Shown here one piece after another: positions 38,010-48,700 of a stretch of 63,457 nucleotides of DNA (position 1 is the first letter of the stretch; every line of letters starts with the position of its first letter). Source of the stretch: a virus (taxonomy: Duplodnaviria > Caudoviricetes); IMG/VR virus record IMGVR_UViG_3300032782_000011, positions 1 through 63,457 of that record. One strand, 5' to 3'. Both the position numbers and the translations under genes were made by a program. The notes beneath the pieces were generated by a model that had not been told where the DNA came from, made no database searches, and saw only the letters and a program-made list of their open reading frames with translations.

Positions 38010-40105
38010 TGGCCGACCAGCCTGAGTACCGCGAATGGCAAGTTCCAGCCTCAACCGCCGCCGAGGATAAGGTCATCGGCTGGGTCAATGAGGCCTGTGA
38101 AGAGGGCATGGCGTGGTGCCGTTCTCAGCGCGGCTACCCGGATTGGCGTCGCTCCCTGAACATCCTCGCCTCCCGGATGGACCTCTCGACAGACAGCAAC
38201 GAATCCAACTACCGTTCGCGTGTCTCAACTAATCGCCTAAAGCGCAACATCCGCGAAATCACTGGCACTCTCGCAAAGCTACGGCCCATCTGGGGCTATT
38301 ACAGCGACAACAAGCTATACTCCGACCGCGCCGAGATGCTCAACAAGGTGGTGCGCTTCTGGTACCTCAACCAGATGGTAGACCGCTCCGTGAAGCGCGC
38401 CTTAGACTTCAGTGCTGCAACAGGTCTCGGCTGGCTTCACCCAGTCTATCGCCGCTCCCGTTATGGCACCGGACGCGGCGACATCCAAGTCCAAGTCTAC
38501 GGCGCACCATCGGTCCTGCCAGTGCAGCTCCCTGAATCCAACGACTGGCAGGAAGCCTACGCTGTGACCATCCTAAAAGAGCTACCCGTCGCAATGGCGC
38601 ACGCGATGTTCCCTACGTTCCAGAATCGCCTCCGCCCTACTTCCTCTCGCTACTGGTACATGAATGATGGCGTCCGCAAAGCCACAACAGGCAACTGGAT
38701 GGCCCGTGCTTTCGGTCGCGTGAAGCGCACCGCTGAGGATACCGCCCTTAGCGACCTGCTCATCCCCATTCGCTACACCTACATCCTCGACCTAGCCATC
38801 AACACGACAGGCACCCCGAACCCTAAAAGTGGCACAGAAATCCCCATGGGCGAATTCGGCGCGTCCTGGTCCTACAAAGTCCCTTATCTTGGCCAGCAAA
38901 TCCAAGTGGGCCTTGACTCAGTATCCGGCAAGCCCCTTCACCGCACTGCGGACGAGAACGATGCGCGCCTTTACCCTTATCGCCGCCTCATCATCTCAAC
39001 CGACACCGTAAAGCTCTACGACGGCCCATCGTTCGACTGGCACGGTATGTTCCCTGGTGTAGCATTCTGCCTCGACGCATGGCCATGGGAGCCTTTGGGC
39101 TTCAGCTTAATCCGCGACGGCTTCGAACTCCAGCAAGCCATCAACGAAATCGCACGCGGCAACATGGACAAAGTTCGCTCCCAGCTCAATATGTCCCTCG
39201 CCTACGACATCAACTCAACAACCAAAGGTGAAGCAGAGCGTTTCGACCCCATGCAGCCCCGTGGCCGCATCGGCTATGACGGAGCCGCCATCGAAGGCAC
39301 CCCCTTCACTCCAGTCATCCCCCCAGAAGTGCTCAGAGTAGAGCCTGAATCCATGGCTCTCATGGATAAATTCGAATCGACCATGGACAGCCAGCAAGCC
39401 ATCCACGATGTCATCGCCCTCGCGAAGCTCCGAGCTGTCGGCTCCATGGACGACATCGAGAAAATCGTCGAAGCCAACGGTCCCATCGTCGAAGATATGT
39501 CCCGCTCAATGGAGCCTCCGATGCGCGACCTTGGCGTGATGGTCAAGTACGACATCATGCAGTACTACACCACCCCTCGGGTGATGAATATCGTCGGCCC
39601 GGACAAGGTTGTCACCGAGACCTTCGACTACGACCCGGCCTCGCTCGTCCCATCTCACGTACCCGGAGAGGACCCTGAGAGGCCCTCGAACCACAATGCA
39701 TCCCAGCGCGCCCGCATCCTCGCGGATAATCTAGATTTCTACATCATGCCGAACACTCTCCACGAGATTCACCAGATGACCATGAAGCTCGGCCTCATCC
39801 AGCTTCGCAAGGCTCAAGTGAAAATCGACTCTCAGACCATCGCCGAAGCGTGGAACGTCCCGAACTATGGCCAAATCGATGGAAACACAGTGCTTGAGCG
39901 CTTCAAGCAGGAGCAGGAGGATGACCTCATTTTCGGCGCACGCATGAAGGAAGTCGCCGAAGCCATCGGTCTCCTACAACCCGGCACACCTGGCCAAACC
40001 GCCCCCGGCAAAAAGCAAGAAGGTCGCCCTCCAACAGGCCAGAATGCCCCAGCGTTGAAGTCCAAAGATGGCGGGGCGCGCTCCACCGTCACTGAGTCAA
40101 AGTAG
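38009..40105 (+). CDS. Portal protein
   Basis: 698 aa after TerL; N-terminal NRLKRNIREI...GLGWLH and C-terminal GRPP typical of P22-like portals. Confidence 0.8.
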   Translation: MADQPEYREWQVPASTAAEDKVIGWVNEACEEGMAWCRSQRGYPDWRRSLNILASRMDLSTDSNESNYRSRVSTNRLKRNIREITGTLAKLRPIWGYYSDNKLYSDRAEMLNKVVRFWYLNQMVDRSVKRALDFSAATGLGWLHPVYRRSRYGTGRGDIQVQVYGAPSVLPVQLPESNDWQEAYAVTILKELPVAMAHAMFPTFQNRLRPTSSRYWYMNDGVRKATTGNWMARAFGRVKRTAEDTALSDLLIPIRYTYILDLAINTTGTPNPKSGTEIPMGEFGASWSYKVPYLGQQIQVGLDSVSGKPLHRTADENDARLYPYRRLIISTDTVKLYDGPSFDWHGMFPGVAFCLDAWPWEPLGFSLIRDGFELQQAINEIARGNMDKVRSQLNMSLAYDINSTTKGEAERFDPMQPRGRIGYDGAAIEGTPFTPVIPPEVLRVEPESMALMDKFESTMDSQQAIHDVIALAKLRAVGSMDDIEKIVEANGPIVEDMSRSMEPPMRDLGVMVKYDIMQYYTTPRVMNIVGPDKVVTETFDYDPASLVPSHVPGEDPERPSNHNASQRARILADNLDFYIMPNTLHEIHQMTMKLGLIQLRKAQVKIDSQTIAEAWNVPNYGQIDGNTVLERFKQEQEDDLIFGARMKEVAEAIGLLQPGTPGQTAPGKKQEGRPPTGQNAPALKSKDGGARSTVTESK

Positions 40106-40145
40106 TACCACCCAGAAAAATCTTCGGTACTAGTACACTTTTCGC

Positions 40146-40280
40146 TTGACATAGTTCCGGTACTTATAGAACTATCCTATCGAACGGGCACCGTGCGAGT
40201 GCTGCGAGGCGGTGGTAGCACTTCAGGACGTATGAGCGACCCCGCGATGCCGACTCTTCGGGAATCCCCGAAAAGGAGCG
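40146..40280 (+). promoter_or_regulatory. Head-operon promoter with dyad and structured leader
   Basis: TTGACA-21-TATCCT with ATAGTTC/GAACTAT dyad; downstream helices AGTGCTGC/GTAGCACT and TTCGGG/CCCGAA. Confidence 0.5.
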
Positions 40281-40287
40281 TGACTCA

Positions 40288-40341
40288 ATGTTCTCCACTA
40301 TGGAAGTGAAGGGCCGCAGGAAGCGCCACAAGAAAAAGTAA
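40288..40341 (+). CDS. 17-aa basic peptide MFSTMEVKGRRKRHKKK
   Basis: AAGGAG RBS; not in ORF track. Confidence 0.55.
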   Translation: MFSTMEVKGRRKRHKKK

Positions 40342-40457
40342 GTCGTCCCTGCCCGGAAACGATTGCCCTTAACCGGGCGGTCTCCTCGCAGGAGCTAGGA
40401 TAACCCGGAGTAGGGACGCTTCTCCGCCAACGTCCCCACCCCACTCAAGGAGCGCAA

Positions 40458-40631
40458 ATGGCAGGATACGGTCGCAAAATGAAATCAGGTGGTTTCACAG
40501 GCAACCTCGCAAAGCTAGGTGGCCGCAAGAGCAAGTTGAAGCTGGCTGGCGATATGCGCCCGGAACACTTTTCCGGCAAGACAGCCCCTTCGTTCAAGAA
40601 AGCTCATAAGCAAGCGCACAAAAAGGTCTAA
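40458..40631 (+). CDS. 57-aa Lys/Gly-rich basic protein
   Basis: AAGGAG RBS; MAGYGRKMKSGG...KKAHKQAHKKV. Confidence 0.7.
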   Translation: MAGYGRKMKSGGFTGNLAKLGGRKSKLKLAGDMRPEHFSGKTAPSFKKAHKQAHKKV

Positions 40632-40636
40632 GGTGA

Positions 40637-40939
40637 ATGGCTACTCCATCCATGATGACTCCTCCTCCCGGAGACAGTTCGGACGGCTCCTCACCCTCTC
40701 CGGGAACCCCGACGACGCCACCGGGTGCGTCGCCTTCTCCCGCGCAGCCTGCCCCGGTAATGCAGCAGACCACGCAGTCTCTCATCAGCGTAGTGAACAC
40801 CCTACGCGGTATTGCCAAAGCCTTCCCCGAAGCCTCTCCGCATGTGCAGGAAGCGAACGAAGCCATCCGCAGAATCATGGCAGCAATCATGAAAAATTCA
40901 CAGCAAGGCGAACCAGCGGCTCCGCCGACCAACGCCTAG
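40637..40939 (+). CDS. Pro-rich hypothetical head-module protein
   Basis: AAGGTG RBS; between portal and scaffold. Confidence 0.7.
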   Translation: MATPSMMTPPPGDSSDGSSPSPGTPTTPPGASPSPAQPAPVMQQTTQSLISVVNTLRGIAKAFPEASPHVQEANEAIRRIMAAIMKNSQQGEPAAPPTNA

Positions 40940-40951
40940 GAGAGCGGTAAA

Positions 40952-41815
40952 ATGAGCCAGACATACGCAGAATTTCTGAAGTCCCAGGGTGCAGGCGAGG
41001 AAGAAATCAAGCTCCTCGACACCCCCATTGGGCGTAAGGCCTACGAGAAGATGCTCGCCGATGCCGACCAAGCGCGCCTCGATGGCGAAGCTGCCAAGGC
41101 CGCAGCGAAGAAGGACCGCGAGCAACTCGAAGGTTGGTTTAGCACCACTGCCGTCCCGGAGTTTAAGGAGATGGAGCGCCGCGCCATCGCCGCCGAGGCC
41201 GAATCTGCCAAGGCCCGCGCCGCATGGAAAGCCGCCCAGGAGCGTGGACTCGTGGACCTAGAACAGTTGAAAGCTCTTGGCTACGACACCGGAGCCCCTA
41301 CTACTCCTGCTGCCCCAGCAGCCCCAGCCCTCCCCGCAGGTTTCGACCCGGCAAAGTACATCACTACCGACTCGCTCAAAGGCCTCTCGGATGGCGTCGG
41401 TGACGGTCTCGCTGTTCTCCAAGACATCGTTATGGAGCATGCGCAGCTCTTCCCGGACAAGCCCCTTCGCGTCCGCGAACTCCGCAAGGAAGCCGTCGCT
41501 CACGGTAAGACCGTCGAGCAATACTGGTCTGAAAAGTACAACGTCATCGCCGCCCGCGAGAAGAAAGCTGCCGACGACAAGGCCGCGTGGGAAGCCAAGC
41601 TGCGTGAGGAAGGTGCCGCGAAGGCCCGCACGGAGCTGGCCGCCCAGTATGGCAATCCCGAGTTGCGCCCTGGAGTGCCCTCTACCAACGCTTTCACCAA
41701 GCGCGCCGAAACGGGCCGTGATAAGCAACCGTGGCAACGGGCCGACGATGCTTCAAACGACCGTGTGCAACGCGCAACCCAGAGAATTATAGAGCGTCAG
41801 AACGTGACGCACTAA
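40952..41815 (+). CDS. Probable scaffolding protein
   Basis: AGGAG RBS; A/E/K coiled coil; precedes the capsid gene. Confidence 0.7.
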   Translation: MSQTYAEFLKSQGAGEEEIKLLDTPIGRKAYEKMLADADQARLDGEAAKAAAKKDREQLEGWFSTTAVPEFKEMERRAIAAEAESAKARAAWKAAQERGLVDLEQLKALGYDTGAPTTPAAPAAPALPAGFDPAKYITTDSLKGLSDGVGDGLAVLQDIVMEHAQLFPDKPLRVRELRKEAVAHGKTVEQYWSEKYNVIAAREKKAADDKAAWEAKLREEGAAKARTELAAQYGNPELRPGVPSTNAFTKRAETGRDKQPWQRADDASNDRVQRATQRIIERQNVTH

Positions 41816-41823
41816 GGAGAATA

Positions 41824-42378
41824 GTGGCCGTATTTGACAAACGCGATTGGAAGCAGCCCTTCTTCGATGGACTATGCCCAACCGCTACCGACTGGGCAAT
41901 GATGGCTGCTTACATCGACGGTGAGGGAAGCATACTCATTAATCCTCGCCGTAAGAGAGTACGTGATGGTGTGGCTAAAGATATTGCTTGCACCTTCTAC
42001 TTGAAGCTCACTGTAGCGAATACTGATGTTCGCTTAGTGGCTTGGTGCAAGGAAAGATTCGGGGGAACGTTCAAAGATGCGAATACGCGGTCATATTACG
42101 AAGGTCGTAATGTGAAGACCGCGTGGCATTGGAGTGCGTCCTCTAATCGGGCAGCTTGGATACTACATAATTGCTTACCTCACTTCGTGATTAAGGGTGA
42201 GCAGGCATTAATCGGTATCCAGTTGCAAGAAAGCATGCGATTGAGCATAGGCTCCCGTAGCCTCCCAAAAGAAGTGGTGGAGACTCGGCGGGGGCTTAAG
42301 CGCCAGTTGCTTGTGCTTAAGGCGAAGGGCCGCGCTTTAGACGCAGTAGAGCAGCGGCAGTTCGAAGAAGTAGCCTAA
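41824..42378 (+). CDS. Free-standing single-motif LAGLIDADG homing endonuclease
   Basis: WAMMAAYIDGEGSI motif, LTVANTD, LPHFVIKGEQA; AAGGAGA RBS plus GTG. Confidence 0.9.
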   Translation: MAVFDKRDWKQPFFDGLCPTATDWAMMAAYIDGEGSILINPRRKRVRDGVAKDIACTFYLKLTVANTDVRLVAWCKERFGGTFKDANTRSYYEGRNVKTAWHWSASSNRAAWILHNCLPHFVIKGEQALIGIQLQESMRLSIGSRSLPKEVVETRRGLKRQLLVLKAKGRALDAVEQRQFEEVA

Positions 42379-42397
42379 AGCAAAAGGAGAGACTCCA

Positions 42398-43555
42398 ATC
42401 GCGGACCCACTTTTTGACCAACTCTCAGCGACAACGCTGGCAGAATTGAGGGACGACGTTCTCTACGATGAGTTCTTCGTGGACAGCGCGTGGATGCGTA
42501 AGATGCGCGTCAGCGGCGCTCTCGATGAATTCATGGGTGGCACTGGAATGCAGATTCCCTTCCAGTACGACCGCGTTATCGGCGGCGCTATTCAGCCCGG
42601 TACCGACGTGGTTGTCACCCAGAAGCAAATCATCGGCGCGATGCTGTTCCAGCCGAAGGAGTACTACGAGCAGATTCCTCTGAACCTGTTCCGCACCAAC
42701 GTACTTCAGCATGGCGGTCCAGCCGTCAAGGTGAAGGAAGTAGACGCATACTTCACCAACGCCGTGCAGGCTCTCAACACCGACATCGGCATCGACTTCT
42801 ACCACCACGGCCAGTCCATCTCCGGCTCGAACCGCATCATCAACATAAACGGCGTGTCGGAAGCCCTAAACGACGGCGTGAATCCCTCCTACGACGGCAA
42901 CGTCTTCACGACCTACGGAGGTCAGCTCCGCAATGGCGTGGTCACGAACACTCTCAACAGCGTACCCATCTGGGTGGGCGACCAAGCGGGCAACACAGGG
43001 CAGATTAGCTACAAGGTCCTCGCTGAGGCCTACTTGAACGCCGTGCAGCGCCCGGACATCGGCCTCTGTAACAAGGCTCTCTACGCCTACCTGCTGGAGC
43101 GCCAGGAGCCGAAGCAGCGCGCAGACATGGAAATTCAGGACGTAAACATCGGCATGTCCGGCCTGAAGCTCCTCGATGCTATCATCTTCGAAGATAAGCT
43201 GGCACCCTCAACAAAGTACGGCACCTTGCTGCCTCCGAACCTGTCAGCCACTCCGGTAGCGCCTCTACCCACTGGGACGACAACTTTCACCACGCCAGCG
43301 TTGACGGCTACGCAGTCGGCCATCTCGAACTATCCAGCTTCGACGGCCTGCAAGCCCGGTGAGCCCTTCTTCTGGCTTCGCCTCAAAGGTTGGAAGCTGC
43401 GCCCGTCTGCGGACCCAGAATACAACTTTAACTTCACCCCGCCCATCCGCTCGAACACGAACCCCGACCTCATCACCGTGTTCTTGAAGGCGGCGCTAAA
43501 TATCTACACGACTTCTCCCCGCGACAATATCCAACTTGTCGGAGCTGGGTTCTAA
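42398..43555 (+). CDS. Major capsid protein, apparent ATC start
   Basis: AAGGAGA-7nt-ATC GCG GAC CCA (xADPLFDQLSATTL); in-frame TAG at 42371; size and position typical of an HK97-fold MCP. Confidence 0.85.
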   Translation: MADPLFDQLSATTLAELRDDVLYDEFFVDSAWMRKMRVSGALDEFMGGTGMQIPFQYDRVIGGAIQPGTDVVVTQKQIIGAMLFQPKEYYEQIPLNLFRTNVLQHGGPAVKVKEVDAYFTNAVQALNTDIGIDFYHHGQSISGSNRIININGVSEALNDGVNPSYDGNVFTTYGGQLRNGVVTNTLNSVPIWVGDQAGNTGQISYKVLAEAYLNAVQRPDIGLCNKALYAYLLERQEPKQRADMEIQDVNIGMSGLKLLDAIIFEDKLAPSTKYGTLLPPNLSATPVAPLPTGTTTFTTPALTATQSAISNYPASTACKPGEPFFWLRLKGWKLRPSADPEYNFNFTPPIRSNTNPDLITVFLKAALNIYTTSPRDNIQLVGAGF

Positions 43556-43567
43556 GGAGACCTAAAA

Positions 43568-44230
43568 ATGGCATCAGGAATGCTGACGAAACAGAACGAT
43601 TTCCTTACAGCGAGACTGCTGAATGACGTGAACGATACCGTCTCCGGTGGACTTGCCGTATCGCTGCCTGCGGGTGCCCCGCAACCCCCGGTGTCGCAAA
43701 CCCAACCCGGCGACCGCATCGTTCTCGACGATGCGACTGCCGTTGGCCTCTCAGACACCACAGTCGGCACACTCTACGGCGGCATCTATATGTATGTCGG
43801 CACCCTGTCCAGCTCGACGGCCAACCCGGCTCGCGGGACCGGAGCCTTCTACCGCGCCGCTGACCTGCCTTCGGCTGTCACAGGACTCTATCAGGTGACT
43901 GCTGATGCTCAGCCGACCACAGCCATCCCGACCCTATTCGGCGGCGTATTCATCAACGCCGTCACTAAGGGCAACTGGGGATGGATTCAGATTGGCGGTG
44001 TCGCATCGTGCCTGTTCGACTCTGCCATCACCGCCGCTGTTGTTGGCAACCCGGTGAGCGTGAAAATCTCCGCCGCCGTCGCCTCAACCTTCGACGTTGG
44101 AGTCAACGTCGTGACCGCGACCATCCCCTTCTCGTATGCGGGTGGTTTCGTAGGGACCGCTATCGTGCTGCCCGTCATCTCAACCGTCACAGCAGTGTTG
44201 ATGCAGCGCAATCCTTTCAGCCGCGTCTAA
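43568..44230 (+). CDS. Probable capsid decoration/cement protein
   Basis: Directly after MCP; GNWGWIQIGG motif; AAGGAG RBS. Confidence 0.6.
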   Translation: MASGMLTKQNDFLTARLLNDVNDTVSGGLAVSLPAGAPQPPVSQTQPGDRIVLDDATAVGLSDTTVGTLYGGIYMYVGTLSSSTANPARGTGAFYRAADLPSAVTGLYQVTADAQPTTAIPTLFGGVFINAVTKGNWGWIQIGGVASCLFDSAITAAVVGNPVSVKISAAVASTFDVGVNVVTATIPFSYAGGFVGTAIVLPVISTVTAVLMQRNPFSRV

Positions 44231-44240
44231 GGAGTAACGA

Positions 44241-44618
44241 ATGGCGTTCACAGCAGGTGTGAAGATTCTTCCCGGATACCCGGTCCAAATGGGACCGAAG
44301 ATGATTGTCGTATTCGACATCATCGGACCATCATCGTATTCGCGCACAACGGGTATCGTCCTTTCTGCTACTGCTGGAGGGCTCAACCTCGGGGGCTTCG
44401 ACTTCGGCCAAGCTACAAGCGATACTCAGAACCTGTTCGACTTGCAGGTCCAGATGAACTTGGGAGGCTACGGTAATTCAGTGCCCTCTATCATCCTCCG
44501 ACCTGTCTCCATTACAACTGGGTCAGTTGGAGGGCAGTCGCAAACAGCAGGTACCGAAGCGGCCACAAGCACGAACCTGTCCACCTTTAGCTGGCGGGTT
44601 CAAGTCGTAATGGTTTAA
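44241..44618 (+). CDS. Small structural protein
   Basis: AAGGAG RBS; beta-rich. Confidence 0.65.
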   Translation: MAFTAGVKILPGYPVQMGPKMIVVFDIIGPSSYSRTTGIVLSATAGGLNLGGFDFGQATSDTQNLFDLQVQMNLGGYGNSVPSIILRPVSITTGSVGGQSQTAGTEAATSTNLSTFSWRVQVVMV

Positions 44619-44628
44619 GGAGGAAGTG

Positions 44629-44787
44629 ATGGCAAAAGCCGGAAACGCCCCCTACATGGGCTTCGAAAAGGAACCCCCCACGCGCTTCGGCCCAAAGGAG
44701 TCTGGGAGCCCGCTCGTCCATTCCCACTCGAAGCGTCCGAAGCGGAAGATTTCCGTCCGTGGCAAGCGCCATGGCCGCAAGCACTAA
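44629..44787 (+). CDS. 52-aa basic protein (C-terminal KRPKRKISVRGKRHGRKH)
   Basis: AAGGAGG RBS; not in ORF track. Confidence 0.65.
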   Translation: MAKAGNAPYMGFEKEPPTRFGPKESGSPLVHSHSKRPKRKISVRGKRHGRKH

Positions 44788-44801
44788 GGAGCCGGGTGTG
44801 A

Positions 44802-45779
44802 ATGTCTCTCCAAAGCATGGCCGCAGAGTTGCGTGGGGCGCTGCCAAAGCTCCCTATTGCTTACGCCCCAACTCTAATCAATAGAGCATGGCGAGAGATT
44901 CGCGAGAGCGGCCTTTGGTCCTTTAACCTTTACGAGCAGAGCTGGATTACCCCACCCATCGTCACGGCTGGCACAGTCACCGTAACTCAGGGTCTCAATA
45001 CCATCACTTTCGATGCGAACGCCATTGCGGCACTTCTGGCATCGCAGGTCGCGAATCCCTACTCACCTATCACCACTCGCCAGTTTCGCATCGCGGTCGG
45101 TGGAATCTACAACCTCGTGACCATGGATTTCGGCACAGGGGACGCGACACTCGACCGCATCTGGGGAGACCCGAGTGGAACAGGCACAGCTTATACGGTG
45201 TATCAGGTCTACTACGTCCCACAGTACAAGGACCATCTTCGTTGGATGAGCGTGCGGAACCCGATTATGTTTCTGGACCTAAATCTCAACACGACACGTC
45301 AGGACCTTGACTCACTCGACCCACAGCGTCTCTGGTATGCATGGCCAACCGATGTCGTACCTTGGGGCCGGGACCAGCGACCGGGGAGCGCCACAGCGGA
45401 CTTCCCGCTCTACGAACTCTGGGGACAGCCTGTGAACCCCTTCACCTATCAGTGCTACGGGTTACGTAAAGGAGCCGACTTAGTAAATCCCACCGACACC
45501 CTCCCTTACAGCATCGGTGAAGAGTTCGTCCTCGCCCGAGCGCGTTGGTACGCCTACGAGTGGGCGGAAGCGAACAAGGATATGAGCCCGCGCAGTGCTG
45601 GCCCGGATTTTAGATTTCTGATGGAGAAGGCTGACAAGGATTACATCCGTCTGCGCACCATGTATCGGCGTGAAGACCGTGAACTGGTAGACAACTGGTT
45701 TAGCGTGCGCGGCTTGAATTACCCAATTTTCTCGCTCGGTCACTACAACACTATCGGTGGAGTGGCGGGTCCAGCATGA
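44802..45779 (+). CDS. Head-tail adaptor-like protein with inserted beta domain
   Basis: LINRAWREI...WSF N-terminus; AGTVTVTQG insert. Confidence 0.65.
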   Translation: MSLQSMAAELRGALPKLPIAYAPTLINRAWREIRESGLWSFNLYEQSWITPPIVTAGTVTVTQGLNTITFDANAIAALLASQVANPYSPITTRQFRIAVGGIYNLVTMDFGTGDATLDRIWGDPSGTGTAYTVYQVYYVPQYKDHLRWMSVRNPIMFLDLNLNTTRQDLDSLDPQRLWYAWPTDVVPWGRDQRPGSATADFPLYELWGQPVNPFTYQCYGLRKGADLVNPTDTLPYSIGEEFVLARARWYAYEWAEANKDMSPRSAGPDFRFLMEKADKDYIRLRTMYRREDRELVDNWFSVRGLNYPIFSLGHYNTIGGVAGPA

Positions 45780-48700
45780 GACGCTTACTATTCATCATCG
45801 GATTGCTCCTATGTGCTGCTACATCAGCGATGGGTAACGAGGCTGCTCATGGATGGTGCGAGGTTGGAGCCCAAGTCGTTGTCACCTCAGGTCTCACCTC
45901 GACGACGCAGGTACAGCGCTCATTCCCGCAATGCACCATCACTGTCTACAATCGCGGCAGTTCTACACTTGCGACCATCTACGCCGACAATAGCGCTACC
46001 CCCTTGGCAAATCCCTTCACTGCCGGGACGAATGGCCAGTGGATATTCTACGCCGCGAATGGCCGTTACGACGTGCAGATGTCCGGCGCGGGGTTTCCTA
46101 CCCCTGTCACCTATACTGACATCCTGCTTAATGATTTCGCGAACCAAGCACCCTCCATCGCCTGCACAACCGTAACCTATGCCCCCACGCTAGCATTCGA
46201 CGCCACAAACAACGCCTGCTACACGGTGACGCTCACAGGGAATCTCACATTCAGCATCACGGGCACCCCTGCGAACGGCAACTTCCTGAAGCTGCAACTC
46301 TACGAGGATGGCGTTGGTGGACACTTAATCACTTTTCCACTCAACTTTAGTGTGCCCGCATCAGTCCCTGTGACCACGGCAAACTATCATAACGACCTGC
46401 TATTCAACTACGACACCCCAAATCTAGAATGGCAGCCAGCAGCGAACTTCGGCGGCAACGGAGCTGGTGGAGTGGTGAGCTTCAATGGCAGGACTGGTGC
46501 GGTTGTATCGGCTACGAATGATTACGCCTTCAACCAGATTTCTGGTGTGGCCCAGCCAAGCCAGGGTGGCACGGGTTCGGCGACACCAACGACGAATGGT
46601 GTGGCCGTCGCGCAGGGTGCGAGCACACCGTATCTGTTCGTGTTGCCTACGAACAATGCGCAGTGCTTCATGTCTGACCCGACGAATTACCTTCTAAATC
46701 CGCCGTCCTACCAGACTTGCCCCTCCTCCACGGGAGGAAGCTCTGTCGGCGCGCAGGGTACGGTGAACGCGGCGGGTGCGAGTGCTGGCAGCTTCGCGCA
46801 AACCTCCATCTGGGACATCAACGGGCCGGGTGGGACGTACTTTCGGGGTCTAAATCCGTACATCGATGTGACGCACCCGACATTTGGCGGATACATTGGG
46901 CCGCACTACAACGCCGCCGCGACGACCTGCACGATGTCAGCAAGCTCGACGACAGCTTCCTGCGCGTCAGCTTCAGACTTTCTTGGAGGTCAGGGCATCC
47001 TCATTGTCGGTGCTGGGCCAGCGCCCGTTATCGCTACGCCACAAGCGCCTACAGTGACGCCCCTGTTCCAAGTTGGCTCGACTACTCGTAGCTACTGCAT
47101 CGCCGACCGTGACTGGTTCGGCGGCCTGACACCTTGCAGCCCTGTGGGCAGCACAGCCATTGCTCCATCCTCGATGGCACTCCAGAGCTACAGCATCGCC
47201 TCGTGGAGTTGGAACTCTTCGACCAACACCATGACGATTACGACTTCGGCAAACCACAACATGCCGACCACAGCCTCTGGCATCGCGAGCGAGCCCTATG
47301 CGCAAGTTGAGATTCAGGCGGGAACGTCAAGCAGCGGGCTTTGCGAAGGGTCGTTCTCACTGACGGCTGTACCTTCAGCCACACAGTTGCAGTTTCAGCG
47401 CAACGAATTGACTTCAAACCCGAGCTGCTCAGGCGGCACATTACGCATCGCCCCGAAAATCATTCTGAAGTGGGACTCACACTATACCTATAGCGTGACA
47501 GCAGCTTCCTGCTCGGCAGGAACAGCGACAATTTCAGTTTCCCCGGTACCGCTCGGGCCAGATGGGACATGGGTGATTCCCAGCAACGTAAAGGCCATCA
47601 CTTCCGGGATTTCCGACTCTCATTACAACGGGACAGTTTCGGTTGCTCCTGCAACGGGAGCGTTCACGTTCGGATTGAATTGCTCTGGTGTCACAAACGT
47701 GGGCGCTGGAGGCACGCTTTCGCTCGTACCCGGTAAGGCGGTGAAGAACCATCTCGTCTATGCCTGCAACGGTGGCTCCTGCGCACTTCCAGCTAACGCT
47801 GCAAACTATTCGCTAGTCGGTGTGGCACAAGGCAACGATGGTTACTTCATCGACCGTGGCTGGGCCATTTCCTCATCGAGCGTAGACCTGGGAGCACCTT
47901 CGACAGCCCCAACGACGGCTATCAACGAATGGCTGGATACCACTATCACGGCGGGTGGTGGCACCACCACGCTGACACTGGCGAATCCTTCGACGAATGC
48001 TGTCACGAGCGCAGGGGCATGGCACGACAACTTTCCAAACATCCTCGCGGCGTGCGCGACACTCCCAGCGAACTCTTCGGCATCGAATGGTGGCCATATC
48101 ATCGTTCCCGCGACAGGTTCGCTGTACAATTACTTCCCAATCATCGCGAACTTAGACCTCGTAGGTAACTTCGCGCAAGCCCCGAAGAACTGCCCAGGCA
48201 ACACGACGATTGATTTCGGCTCCGAACCTTGGATGGACGGCTCAATCATGCTGGGTAAGGGAGATGCTATCCAAGGTGCAGCAGTACAGGGTGCGACGAA
48301 CTGCCAGACGACATTCTACCAAATGGGTCCGGCACTCGGATGCGGCCAGGGTAACTCCTACCCGATGATTTATTTCGAGCCCGAGCAGGCCAGCTCGAAT
48401 TTCCTAAAAGACTTCGCGCTCAACCCTCAGGGGGCGTACCAGTCCGGTGTGATGATTGACGAGCAGATGAACGGTGATGGCACCGTATCGCTCCGCACCG
48501 ACAACTTCCACGTCAATGGAGGCATCCACAGCTATCCCATCATCGACCGCGCTGGATTCCAGCACTCGTTCAATTACGGCGGCTGGTCCAATGGAGGGGG
48601 AAATTTCTCGGAAAGCATCGTGTATCAGTTTCAGCCACTTTGCGGCATGCCGAACTACTATCCCTTTGTCGCCGCACCGCTACCCTATATCGTAAATACG

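Noticed and set aside
41731-41823. Extended N-terminus of the LAGLIDADG ORF
   Set aside because: Overlaps the scaffold gene; the RBS supports GTG 41824.
41824-42397. Group I intron around the LAGLIDADG ORF (likewise around the HNH at 1672-2082)
   Set aside because: Only about 10-20 non-coding nt flank each ORF; no P7 (R/S) elements.
42446-42448. TTG start for the major capsid protein (ORF track)
   Set aside because: No RBS, and it truncates a plausible N-terminus; ATC 42398 has an ideal SD.
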